Source of the DNA: Octopus vulgaris
Taxonomy: Eukaryota
NCBI GenBank assembly: GCA_951406725.2
Contig: OX597821.1
Location: 46,934,001-46,998,000, forward strand
Reading direction: 5' to 3'
DNA: 64,000 nucleotides
The translations under genes and the position numbers were made by a program. Each line of letters begins with the position of its first letter. Within the stretch, counting starts at the first letter, position 1. Under the pieces are notes generated by a model that was not told the origin of the DNA, made no database searches, and worked only from the letters and a program-made list of their open reading frames with translations. Shown one piece after another: positions 41,169 through 54,119 of this stretch.

Positions 41169-44100
41169 TGCAATTCCTCTGTCTGTTACAGTAAATTTAT
41201 TGTTGGAGTGTGCTTGTAAGTTTCTGTTAATTGTTATATCTCTCGTTTTGCCCATTGTTGGACTTGTTTAAAAAAAATTGTAGTATAGTTTTCTTTCGAA
41301 AGCTATCTGTGGTTTTCCCCTGTGGGGGAAAACATTAATTGCCGGCAAGATGCCGAAAATTCGTATTCATCGTCGGGGGACGAATCATCGATTGGGCGAG
41401 AAGCAAAGAAAATAGAAAGCTTAATTTTTGATAACGTTTCTGATGTGTCGGAAAGCGAATTTCCAACATTACCAAGATTTACGAACACCAAAAGAAAGAC
41501 AGAAGAAAGGACCATCCACAATGAAGAAAAGAAAAGTTTTGCGTCAGCGGATTTTGATTAGAGAAACAGATAAGTCTATAGTCGAGTGTCCACAGTTTTT
41601 TCTAGTCAGCTACAGTGACCACAAGATGGTTACCTGTAAACTGACGGTAGATCAGTTGCATAGTCAGGGGTCTGGCTACTGGAAACTCAATACGTCCCTT
41701 TTGGCATTTGAGGTGTACAGAAATCGGATCAAGATGTTAATACAGAGGCCATTAACAGGTACCATCATTAATAGCAAATGGTGGTACGCCCTTAAAAGAG
41801 CCATCAAATATGAGTCTATTAGGCTTAGCATAAGTTTAGCTAAGAAGGGACAAAGAATAGGAGATGGTCTAGTTAAGGAACTAGAAGAAGCCTGGAGGCT
41901 GGTAATGCGGACCAAGCGAAGGTGAAAAGACTGGAGTTAAACCAGCATCTTGAAGCCCAAAACATGGGAAGTATTGCCAGAGCTAAGTTACGTGCGATGG
42001 GAAGTGAAGGAATCAAGGCCGCTGGAGGGGCCCGAGTGGTAGAAGCTCGGCAAGGAAATAGTTCCTCTATTCAGTCTTTAACAAATCAAAATGGTGTCTT
42101 GGTAAACGAACCAGAGAAAATGTGTGAGGCCTTTCTAGAGTACTTCACCCAGCCATTCGGGGGTGGCAGCGGTCCTGGTGGTGGGAGAGCCCTCGAGGAT
42201 TTTCTTGCCGGGCTGCCGTGTCTCTCGAGGTCGGATGCGGAGTCTTGCGAAAGGCCAATCACGCCTATGGAGGTGATGGGCTCTTTGGCCGACTGTAAAG
42301 CGGGAAAGTCGCCGGGACTTGATGGTTTCTGTACGAGCTGTATATATGTATGCCAGACTTGTTCGGGCAACTACTGGCTGACGTGTACTCGAACTGGCAA
42401 CAGAATGGGTTTATCCCCATATCTGTGCGCCGGGGAGTAGTGACGTTGGTCAGAAAGGACCCGAACAAGGGGAACGTTATAGAGAATTTCAGGCCCATCA
42501 CTCTGTTAAAGGCAGAAGTGAAGATTTTGGCCAAGGTCTTAGCAAAAAGGTTGGCGCGTGTCACGAATGATATAGTTGGGGAGGCACAAACATGTGCAAT
42601 CCCAGGCAGAACCATTCAGGATACCTCCATCTTATTCGCTATACCATAGAGAGGGTTGGTAATAAATCTGGCAAAGGTGGGGAATTGGTACATTTAAACC
42701 AGTCTAAAGCTTTTGATAGGGTTGACCATCGATACTTGGCAACTGTGCTTGCGCGATTCGGCCTGGGCCTTAGCTTCCTCAGGTGGTTTATCGTTTTGTA
42801 CTACAACATTGACTCGGTAGTTCGAGTGAACGGTTTCCTTTCGAAGCCGTTCTGCATCAAACTCTTAGTTTGTCAAGGATGTCCTCTCCCACCACTTTTG
42901 TATGTGATAGCTCTCGAGCCCATACTGCCTTGTTGGGCGCTGGACGGAGGGACCAGTTAAGTTGCTGGGAGTTTGGTTTGGACCAGGCCTTCAGATAGAG
43001 AAGAACTGGATAGAGATATTGAGCAGGGTAGCTGCAGTAGTAAAGACCTGGTCTTGGCGGTGGCTATCCCTGAAAGGGAGGGCGAAGGTGGCGAACGTTT
43101 TTATCGCATCGGTCGTTACCTACCGCCTGACCGTCGTACCCTGTCCGGATTCGTGGTTGATCAGGTTGGAGAGACAGCTCTTTCGCTTTTTGTGGAAGGG
43201 CGGGTCGCCATTTGTGAAACGCTCTGTCTGCTGTCAAAAGCCTTTAAAGTGAGGTTAAGGGATGCCTTGGTTAATGATGCGCAGACATGCGTTGAGGTTG
43301 AGGCACCTCTGGATTCTCCGGGATAGTGAACAGGTGTGGTCTCCGCTGGCCAGACAAAGGCTCCCCGAGTTCAAAAGTTTTTGCGAACGGGAAGCCTGGT
43401 GTTCTCGTAGACCGAGGTCGAGTGAGTGGCATACAGAGTGCCGTAAAGCCCTCTTGCTATTCCGGCGCTCGGTGGGGGTTCCATACAGATTTTATATAGT
43501 GGGCTGGTAGAGTCTGAATGCGACGATGGCCTGGGGGCGACTCTAGGTCTCGCGTTTATTCAACTGGACAGCCTGTTTCGCCGTACATTCGGGTTGAGAA
43601 CGTTGGACAACTTCCAAAAGTCTTTAACCTGGCAATGTTAGAGTTGCCTTGCTCGTTTGGGATAAGCTCGCAAGACACGGTAAATGTCAGTTGCCGACCT
43701 GTCGAAGATGCGGGGCAGGGGGACAGGGAAACCTTTCCTCTCACTATTGTTCAGTGTCCGGAGATAACTGAAATGTGGGCTTCTGCTGAACACCTGTTGT
43801 CTGGCGTCGGAAGAGTACGGCTGTCGACTGAGTCAATTATAAAAATTGACCCACCGGGAGTTTTAACGAACGAAGGTAAGAATTGTTTTCTCACGGTTGT
43901 AGCAATAGCGAAAGACACAGTATGGAAGACTAGGCTAAAAGGAATTAAGACTGGCAATTTTATCTCTGGCCACAATTTACGATTATTTTTTTCTTTTCAT
44001 TTGAAAAGGAAGCTGTGGCTGGAGAAGAGATGTCTGTCGGAGTGTACGTTCCAAAAGAGATGGAAGCATGTTGCACGAGTGTTGTGCGTGCAAGGAACCG

Positions 44101-44340
44101 TGTGAATAGACGGGACAAAAATGGAAAAAAAAAGGTACCAGCGGTAGATCAGGGCTTGTGGGGTCGGAGCGTGGCTTGATCATCGCTTCATTTGTATTGT
44201 TTTTGTATTGTTAATTCCATTCGATTTTTTTAATATATATTGTATTTAAATTTTTAAAGTCACATTATATGTAAAATCATATCGCTTTACTGATCCCATC
44301 AGTTTTTCTGTCCAGTTCTATGTTTGGCAATAAAGAAATT
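41169..44340 (+). mobile_element. Tx1/L1-clade non-LTR retrotransposon, decayed ORF2 with internal deletions
   Basis: APE C-terminus (SDHKMV, GYWKLNTSLL), KSPGLDG, NFRPITLL...KILAKVLAKRL, KAFDRVDH, QGCPLPPLLY, LGVWFG, W..LSLKGR, degenerate C-terminal Zn finger; YADD region absent; frameshifts; 3' end AATAAAGAAATT. Confidence 0.92.
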
Positions 44341-44507
44341 GGTATTTCGTCTGTCTTTATGTTCTGAGTTCAAATTCCGCCGAGGTCGACTTTGCCTTTT
44401 CTACCCTTCGGGGTCGATAAATTAAGTACCAGTTGCGTTCTGGGGTCGATCTAATCGACTGGCCCCCTCCCCCAAAATTTCTGGCCTAGTGCCTAGAGTA
44501 GAAAAGT
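44341..44507 (+). mobile_element. SINE family B multimer, right part (GGTATT-started monomer, tail B)
   Basis: Continues the SINE split by the LINE; outer TSD-like ATATT(C/G)CAAAAA at about 40737 and 44509. Confidence 0.85.
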
Positions 44508-45963
44508 ATATTGCAAAAAAGACAGAAGACCTGTAACAAACTGTCAGGACACAGAATGTGTATGCAACTATTTATTTTTAAATAAGCAACCTGAAGTGGA
44601 AAATGAGCATTTCAGAAGTACTCTATGTTTTGGATATGAATAAAAAAAGACACATTAATTTTTATTACAAAACAGTACTAAACATGTGGTATTTGGATCA
44701 TATAGCATCGGAGTGAATTGGTTTACATTGGCCGGCTTCCGAAGACAATGTTTCTGACAAAAGAACTTGTAAGCTATAATAGGACATGCTTAGAAATGTT
44801 TTATTTGTTTACGTAAAAATATTTGAAGGATTTAAACACATCCCCATTTATACATATATGCCTACATGTCTATATACACATAAACATATATATTCGCGCA
44901 CGCTGTCAGTCACACTCTTACATACGCACACACCATCACATGCATGTTTTACATTGTATCTTCCGAACTACATGACTGACGGTATTGAATTGAAGAAGTG
45001 TTCTGCAGTTTGCCGTTCTAACTCAGTAATTTGCACCTGCCAGCTATGTTATTATTAATTCCTCGATCTACACTGTCTTATAGAGTTCATCATTTCTACA
45101 CTACATAATTCTTTTGTATCTTCCCGGAAGAAAAAGTAGGTTTCTGCACCTGTACAATTTTACAACTCAAAAATTAATTGTATACAGCTTGTAATCATAA
45201 CATAGTTTAATAGTATGTTACTTATTGATTCTGTTCCACACGTTTTTTGCTTTCAATAACTTCTTAGTTTGAATAATATTCCATTCTGTCTTTTCCTCTC
45301 ACTATCTATATGTGTGTATGCGTATGTATAGAGAGAGGGGGGAGAGGGAGAAAGAAAGATAAATAGGTACATATGCAGATACATACAGACATACATGTGC
45401 ATATATGTGTACAAATGCGTAAAAGCACATATATATAATTATGTATGTGTATTTCCAGTAATTCGATCAAATGGGCTACCTATTACAAATGCTTGAGTAT
45501 TCCACAGACACTTTTCACGTACTTCATAGACAGAATCATTTTGTTATCATATGATGTGTGACAATGGTGTCACCCATCTGACAACAACCGACTATCGGCT
45601 AGGCATCCACACAGTTTCTAGTACATGATTTCTGAAGCTATTACACCTCTTTAAGAAACCACACAGTGTGATCAAATGCGAGGCAACATCAACTAAAACA
45701 GACTTGGATTGCATTGTTACGAGTATGCCGATACACGAATACAAATTTTACACGGATACATGCGCACACATTTACTTCCTCGTGTTAATAAGCACAGACA
45801 CACATTTTTACATATCTCTCTATGTACAGCAAACAAGAAAAATGCGGTAACCAATGCACATATTAGTGTTTAATGTGTTTATATAAAAATCAATACTTCA
45901 AAAATAGAATTAGCTACTTGTTGTTTCACGCAATTCTTTCGCTTCTTTGCCTATTATGATACT

Positions 45964-45997
<34 letters not shown>

Positions 45998-45999
45998 GG

Positions 46000-46270
46000 C
46001 ACTCCGTCTGTTACGACGACAAGGGTTCCGGTTGATCCGATCAATGGAACAGCCTGCTCGTGAAATTAATGTGTAAGTGGCTGAGCACCACTCCACAGAC
46101 ACGTGTACTCTTAGAGTAGTTCTCGGGCAGATTCAGCATGACACAGTGTATGGCAAGGCTGGCCCTTTAAAATACAGGTACAACAGAAACAGGAAGAAAG
46201 GGTGAGAGAAAGTTGTGGTGAAAAATTACAGCAGGGTTCACCACAACCCTCTGCCGGAATCTCGTGGAGC
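46000..46270 (-). mobile_element. SINE family C, 5'-truncated
   Basis: Homologous to 59490-59755. Confidence 0.85.
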
Positions 46271-46289
46271 TATGCGTACGTGTACGTAC

Positions 46290-47110
46290 GCATAGAAACG
46301 TGACATTCAGCAACAAGTGGAGTCACCTTAACTCACTTAATAATGAAGAAAACCCTGATTCAAAATTGGATTACATAACACACCGCAATATAAATAAGAA
46401 ACGAATAGATTATATAAGCGAACTTTTCTGTGGTTTTAGGCCCTCTTTGGAAAACAGATGACCACGAACCAGCCTAATATATTTTTCAGAGAATTTGATA
46501 AGCTTTACCATCCTAGTAAATCGCTTAATCTGTTTAATAGGCACACAATCAAATTATGTTATTCTACTATTCCTTATATAGTAGAAAATAAAGCCGCTTA
46601 GAACAGCAGGAAATTAGTCAATATTAGTAAATACGTAATCAGTAATAATGATTTTGCCAGTTTGTGCAGATCTTGTGTCCCTCTTAACGATACTTTTCAA
46701 TCTAACGGAATTTTTTCGTAATAATTTAGTAACTTACCGTAATGTTTCCTCACTATCTAGAAACCCTGTTCGTTTGTGTAACTTCAGGGACAGATTTAAT
46801 TGTGCTTTGGATAACCAGTGCCTCCGAAAATATATAGTATATAAATATTCACTCCATACATTTGGAAAGGTCATTGGTATACCAGTACCACAGCGCCGAA
46901 AGGTTGAATAACAGCTTAAATTCTTCTAATAATGGAAGGAAGATACATTATACATCTTTGGCAAAATTAATCTCGGGCTTTGTACTAATGTACAAAAGGG
47001 TGGCGATGATTGTCATTCATGTTGCACGGAGGTACCTGAAGTTTCGGGATGTAATTTACGATCACTTTCTTGTTAATCCGATGCGCTCATCACATTTTCA
47101 AAATTCCATT
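46290..47110 (+). mobile_element. Penelope-like retroelement remnant (RT-linker and GIY-YIG region)
   Basis: Frames read IFFREFDKLYHPSKSLNLFNRHTIKLCYS, CNFRDRFNCALDNQCLRKYIVYK and YTSLAKLI, resembling PLE motifs IFNRNTxKxSYSC, CNC..CPLxGxC..VY and TxLSKxIW. Confidence 0.72.
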
Positions 47111-47775
47111 CACCTAGTGTAGGAATATTACAGGAGTAAATAAATGTATGTACAATTATACAGATTGCATTTCATTTCTCACTGTTATTACCTTTCAGCT
47201 TTGGTGTATCTATAATTATAGTACCGCAACTTTCATCCTTTTTCTTTTTAGGAATTTCAACTACCATGTCATTAACTGCAAAATATCTTTTCTTTCATAT
47301 AACATTTTTTTCGTCTTCTCTTTCCAGCGTGGTAATGGAAGTTTCTGCTTCAATAATTATATATCTTTTATTGCCTATTTTATATCTCTGAATACCTGTT
47401 AATTTTTTATTTTTGATCTTTAATTTCTATATTTCTATATTATATTGTATGCTATTATGATTTAACCATGTTTCGACCTCCTGTTCTAATAAATTTTATA
47501 CTAAATTTTATATCAAATTGCTGAGTCCCTTAATTATATATCCCTCCAAAATAACTTCCATTTGAACCCTCTTTCATTGATTTAAACACTTCTTTTTCTA
47601 TCTCAGACACTCTTCGTTTTTTTTTCTTTTTCTTTATCTCTCCTTAATCATTGCTATTACATTAAAATATTCTAGATATACTCATCCTAGATAGTATATG
47701 CCCATATCTAAAAACTGCTTTATCTTCTCGGGAAACTAAAACAATAATGCACTTACAATTTTTTTATCAGTCTTT

Positions 47776-48046
47776 TATTACCCTGTCCGTGTAAGCAAAA
47801 AGAAGATATTGTAGTCGCTTGTCTTTGTCTGTTTGTGTGTTTGCAAAATTACTGGAAAACGGCTGACAGATTTTCACCAAATTTGGTAGAAATACTAATT
47901 GGGTGAGTGGCTCGAACTCATTATTTTGCTTTGATTATGTCATTTTACTGAAATATGAATTTGTCTGAGAATATATTTATTATTAAAATAAATTTTATTT
48001 CATCCTTGTGTGCCTGCAGAATATGCTCGTCTCTCCGATGCCTTTT
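47776..48046 (+). mobile_element. Helentron-associated (DINE-1/HINE-like) non-autonomous element
   Basis: T-rich insertion context, TTATTACCC start, short GTCT/GTTT microsatellite, GATTTTCACCAAATTTGG motif, degenerate 3' stem-loop. Confidence 0.5.
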
Positions 48047-48109
48047 GCTTTCATTTTTATATCCACGTGGGTGTTTCTTCCCTACAACAATATAAGTTTC
48101 CCCACTGGT

Positions 48110-48147
<38 letters not shown>

Positions 48148-48151
<4 letters not shown>

Positions 48152-48547
48152 AATTGAGATAGGGGTTGTAAATGCAACCCTCCATGGGATACAACCCCTA
48201 TCTCAATTTGTAACTACAGTTAACTTTCTGAGGAATATGAATTGCTAATGCTTGTATACTTGAAACATCCACTCATTACTCTAAGTACTGACAGTGTATG
48301 TGAACACACCCAAGTATAGTACAATTATTCCTGCAAGATCATTACTGCTGGTAAAATGGAGAAGATACTAATCAATTCATCAATGAAGAATGTACCCATC
48401 CCTACTAAAGAACACTACACCAAAGAGCTAATTTATAGATGGTTAACCCTACAGTCTCTTATGTGGTGGTTTAATAAAGTATGTGATTGAGTATTATCTG
48501 ATAATTGATATTTGATTTAGATGTATTTCTCCATTTTCTTATCTTGT
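48148..48547. mobile_element. TA-tract-embedded element starting with a perfect 23-bp inverted repeat
   Basis: TACAAATTGAGATAGGGGTTGTA (48148-48170) and its reverse complement (48190-48212); bounded by (TA)n. Confidence 0.5.
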
Positions 48548-48549
48548 AT

Positions 48550-48609
<60 letters not shown>

Positions 48610-49104
48610 TAGTATTCACGCAAATGCAGACCTATCCATTTGTTCATTCAGTTCGAATGAGTTGACAGGTGTGTTGCATGCAATATTGCTTTAAAAGTAT
48701 ATAAGCCTTGTTTATATTCATGGTTTTACGTTTTCGAACAAATTAAACGATTCACCTGACACATTTGTTGATAAAACGGCCATAAGTTAAGAATAAATGC
48801 AATACCAAAACCTCCATTCTCTTACTTTATATATAACACTGTGTCTGACTTCGGCCTTCCGACTTTTCCTTATTTGTATGAATCAGTTTCTCTTAATGAG
48901 GCGTTGTTTCCTTCCGTACATCCTGTTTGCATAAATGCTAAGATGACCTCGGATTTCACAAATATTTTATTTCTCCATACATTTAAGTCTGTGTATATGC
49001 ATGAGTACACACACTCACACACACACAACCACACATACACATATACACACACAAATGTATCTATCCATCTATTTATTCCTCTTTCTTTCTCTCTCTCTCT
49101 CTCT

Positions 49105-49153
<49 letters not shown>

Positions 49154-49202
49154 CAGAGAGACAGACAGAGAGACAGACAGAAGACAGACAGATAGATAGA
49201 TT

Positions 49203-49267
<65 letters not shown>

Positions 49268-49268
<1 letters not shown>

Positions 49269-49712
49269 AAATACAAAAAAGAGACAACAAAATATCCAGA
49301 TAGACGATACAAAAAAAAAACAAGGACGGGTCATTCGGAGTTTTCTATCCTCAGTCGAGTTCCAGATTATCTTAGTAATGTCGGCTGCTTATACTCGAGA
49401 TTGCTCCACTCTAGCCAGTCCCAAGGAAAAAGTAAACTAAGAGCCTTAGATTCCTTGGAAGAAAGCAGCGAATGTATACGAAAACAAGAACGGAATAAAG
49501 CTGAGAAATATTACACAAATACAAATGCAATTAACAGGACATGACAGCAGGTGTCTTTCGACTAAGGACGAATTAAATTAAGCTGGTGTGTGTGGAAGGA
49601 AAGCCTTGCGGCAGGGACATAAGTTTTAACAGGCACAGGGAGGAATATAGATGTTGCACGGATGGTTGTCGAACTAAGAAAGAAAGGTCAGGCCTGGGCG
49701 AACAATGGTCAC
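49268..49712 (-). mobile_element. Unclassified interspersed repeat, related to 33810-34110(+) and 50370-50525(+)
   Basis: Shared segments such as TTCTTCCA(A/G)GAAATCTA..CTTAGTTT and CCATCC(G/A)TGC..TTCGTC..GAAAGAC. Confidence 0.5.
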
Positions 49713-50874
49713 GTGAGGAGAGAAGAGAGAGAGAGAGAGAGAGGGGGGGGGGCAGAGGCAGAGGAATAGATGAATTAAGGAGGGGCGAGAAAAAATGAAA
49801 GAGACACAGTGAAGTAAAAGTGGAAGGAAAGTGAGCATGAAGAGAAGGCCAGGAAATGTGAGAGAGGGGGAACGAAAGAACGAAGAGTGGAATGAACGAA
49901 GTGTGTAAGGGCTGAGATATATATATATATAAATATATATGTGTGGGGGGGACGGGGGGTGCGCGCGCGTGTGGGTGTGTCTTTGTGTATAGTAAACAAC
50001 AGATTGTACGGTGCGCCGCACAGATAAATCAAGGGTTGATCAGAAAGAACACAGCAAGTGGATATCCAACAAAAGCATACGGAAAACTAGATGATAACAT
50101 AACAAACGTGAAACTGGACAAAAACACAATACGCGGACCATTCGCAGCCGAATTTCCTATTTCGTCTGCCTTATAACTTTTCACTTCACACTGTCTCTCT
50201 CTCTTTTTTTCTCTTTCTTTTTCTCTCTTTCTTTCTCTTCCTCGCATTCTTTAGTACCTCTGATTTCCTTTCCCTATTGCTTATTCCTTAGTCCCTCTTT
50301 CCTCCCCTCTCTCATATTAGTTAATCCCTCTGCTCTCTACAGTTCTTCCTTTCACCTACCACGTGATCAGTGTCTGACCAGTGCATTGCTAGTTTTTTTC
50401 GACCAGCTGCCATCCATGCCAGCCACGTATGCCTGTTATCCTGCTCGATCTATTAAGACGTTCCTTTTCTCCTCTGCGCCTGCCTACCACGTTCGTCTGA
50501 CAGTGGAAAGACCCTTTCTGTTATTTATTTATGCTGGAGAATGTATAATTATTTACCTTTTGTTGTATACCCGAAAGGCAAATTTTCTGTTGTATAATTA
50601 TAATTCTTTTTCTGTGGCCCTTGTATTATTTCATCACTCTGTGTTGCATACGTTATGGTTTTTGTTCTTGCATATATTCGTTTACTTTTCCCAGAGGTGT
50701 AATGCCCTGGCGCTTGCCGGAATAGAGCGGTCTCGATGGTGGTGGTGGTGGGGGGGGGGGAAGTGAACTGTGAAACTGCTAGGGCATTGCGGACATTGGA
50801 TGAAGAGGAAATAGGTTGCGAATGGCCCGTGCTTTTGTCCAGTGTCCCGTTTGTTATGTTATCGTCATTCGTTA

Positions 50875-51175
50875 GACGGACACTCAGATAAATTAAGGCT
50901 GGGTGCCTCTCATGAATGGGAAAATTGAAGATGCGCCAAAAAGCCTTATTGGTACTGATGTATCTTCCTCTGTCATACTGTGCAACTTCGTCATTTTTAT
51001 TTATCCCCTGGCTGCCATTCTGCATAAGTGTGTATGTTGCTACATCTAAATCTTTGTTTATATATTTTCAAACATACTTAATAGAGTTAACAGAATTGCA
51101 GAATTCAGCATTGACTCTGGCGTCGCTTCACTGTAGAATACTGATAATCTACCTCGTCTCCTCTTGTAGGGAGTG
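50875..51175 (-). pseudogene. Helitron RepHel fragment
   Basis: NAEFCNSVNSIKYV..YINK and DEVAQYDRGRYISTNKAFWRIFNFPIHERHPALIYLSV match the Helitron post-Rep motifs (KYxxKY, RYISxxEAxWRIFxFxIHER). Confidence 0.85.
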
Positions 51176-51282
51176 AGAGCATTGTCCTCGGACACATTTT
51201 TGAAAATTAAAATGAGGATTAAATGAAAAAATGAGTTACGTGGATATCTTCACAAGAGTGATTGAAATAAATCACGATTGTG

Positions 51283-51322
<40 letters not shown>

Positions 51323-52354
51323 TAAGTACAGTATCGAACATCAGATGAAATAGACGTATGTGTGTGAGAGAGAGTGAACTAAGGGGTGTGTTGTCATGTA
51401 TACGTACATACATAAATAGGTAAGCATACATCTTTTCGTATGTATGCATGCGTGTGTGTAAGAGAAAGAGTGAGTTCCACTTAGACATCACTCTCTCTCT
51501 CTCTCTCCCTCTCTCACACACACATACACACGGACACATACATACTAAAAAGATGTATGCATATGTATTTATGCATGACAACACACCCCTTTACTAACTC
51601 TCTCTCTCTCTCTCTCTCTCTCTCGCACACACACACATAACACACACACATGCATAAATGTATACCAACGTACATACAAAAACACACATGTGCGTGTGTG
51701 ACTGACTACAAATACATATAGCTGAGCACGGCGCGCAAAAAGTAAATAACTTTAGATTTTTTACGGAAATTAAAGAAGTCTGCAGGTTCAAGCGAAAGAA
51801 TGCTCATATATTTTTTAGACCCCACCCCTTGTTGAATTGCAAAATTCTAATGTGATCTTTGTGTAATAACGAAATCAAACATGAAATAAAAGCTCTTGCA
51901 TTCGAATATTTAAATTGAACATCGTAGTTGTTTGCAAATAGCGAATTAAAACATGAAGTGAAAATATTAAAATAGAGAGTGAGAAGTTTCGCAAATGAAA
52001 ACGGAAAATTTCGCCGTTGCTGCGGCAATACCGGACGTTGACATTGAGAAACCTCTTTAAAGAAGTGAATCATATATATAAAGCAATGTTATTTATTTTT
52101 AATAGAAAATTAAACTGGTGGCTATATTATATATCACTGTCAATAGTGAAAAGACCGCGACCTGTACACTAACAAAATTCCGTGCTGAGGCACGGAACTT
52201 TGTCAGTGAACAGTTCGCGATCTCAAAACGACGAAATTATTTTGACAAATTAAATTTAAATGTTGAAGTGATTCTAATGGATTTTGTATGTTTCTTAAAT
52301 AGCTTATAAACTCCTTCCACGCTCAGATCTGGTGACTTGCTATGCAAGTACATC

Positions 52355-52448
<94 letters not shown>

Positions 52449-52505
52449 ATATATATATATATATGTGTGTGTATATATATATATGTATATATATATATGT
52501 ATATA

Positions 52506-52627
<122 letters not shown>

Positions 52628-53134
52628 TTCTGTCTCCTCACCCTTCTGTGTTACTTTTTCTTCTCCCTAACACCCTTTCTATCTGTCTTACGTATTTTTT
52701 CTCTAGAGAGAAAGAGCTCGAGGTAGTGAAGGAAAGACACATATACAACTAGTGAGAGAGAGAGAGAAAGTGGAGGGAGATAATGAGAGAGATGGAGATG
52801 TAGAGAAGGGCGGCGGCGACTTCAAAAGAATAGATGTAATATATAAACTAACATAAATTTGGAGGTGGAGTGATAGGTGGTGTATTTTTTCACTATGTAA
52901 AAAGTATTAAAGTGAAATAGACAGTACGTGGATCGCTAGAAATAGGAGCCAATACACCACCAACTTGCTCTATCCCCATTCCGTTTTAGGAAAATAAGTG
53001 CTTATTTATCTGCGGAATGTTCAAATTAATTTAGATGGCACGAGAAACCTTAAATATTATCAATTTTATTTAGTGTTTTCAGTGGTCAACGTACAAACAA
53101 ACTTTGCTTTTTATAAGGATATAGATAAGATAAG

Positions 53135-53165
<31 letters not shown>

Positions 53166-53171
<6 letters not shown>

Positions 53172-53838
53172 ATAATTGAGGGTAAAACTAATTAGTTATT
53201 AATCAATTTCACCAAGTAGCGTTCAGTATGTAAAAGGACCATTTAAGGCGTATTCAAAATATTACATTATATAATTAGGGCTTAGTAAAATAATTTACTT
53301 TGCCACATACTGAACTTTTTAGAAATAGCAGCCAAACAGTTTTTTAGCTATTTCCACTACTTTAAGAAAAATTCTCCCAGATAATGTTTACTCAAAAATA
53401 ACTCACGAAGATATGGAGGTAAAACAGTAAAATATCACAAGTTCAAAGATCATTTGAGAACGTCACGTTTCTAGATTAGCCGAAATAAAACTCAGCATTT
53501 CTTTCGTCAGCTCAACATTTCTTAATTTTGGATTTGAAAGCACTAAAAAAATGAACATACCCGTCCGGTAATGCATCACCTCAGACATACATCTTCAAAC
53601 TGCCAGTACTAGCAAGTTCAAAATGTACAAGCGAAGGTTCATGTTCTTTCCTCTTCCACCCACGTGAGTTATCTAGTAAACATACTATAACGGTGAGAAC
53701 AGTACTAACAGAATAGGGAGTAAGGAATTATAATATCAATAATTGAGGGTAAAACTAATTAGTTATTAATCAATTTCACCAAGTAGTGTTCAGTATGTAA
53801 AAGGACCATTTTACTAAGCCCTAATTATATAATATAAT
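53166..53838 (-). mobile_element. Non-coding element with about 78-bp direct repeats, short inverted segment and internal hammerhead; probable non-autonomous Penelope-like or retrozyme-type element
   Basis: Direct repeats 53166-53243 and 53733-53810; 53262-53291 inverted at 53807-53838; sits in (TA)n. Confidence 0.7.
53454..53515 (-). ncRNA. Type I hammerhead ribozyme motif, near-intact
   Basis: Minus strand reads TTGAG-CTGACGA-aAGAaatGCTGAgttttattTCGGCtaaTCTa-GAAA-CGTgACG-TT-CTCAA: 5-bp stem I, full core, extended stem II, near-palindromic stem III, GUU triplet. Confidence 0.72.
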
Positions 53839-54119
53839 TATATATATATTTATTTATTGATATATTTGGGGATGATCACATTTTATATCAATTAACCACA
53901 CACAGTATACACTAGGTCTTCACCTCACCTTTCAGCTTCGTTATTATTCTTATTTTAGTGTTCTTTGCCCAAAATCATTTTTCACACATCTCGTGACCTT
54001 TCCAACCACTCTCCGTCCCACGTGTCACCTGTTGTATTTAGCCCATTCTCTGTTTAGTCCATTGCTTGCTTGCTTGTATGTATGTATGTATGTATGTATG
54101 TATGTATGTATAAGACAAT

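Noticed and set aside
51975-52045. Helitron N-terminal-like motif (..FANE..RCCGNTG)
   Set aside because: Too short and not supported by flanking frames
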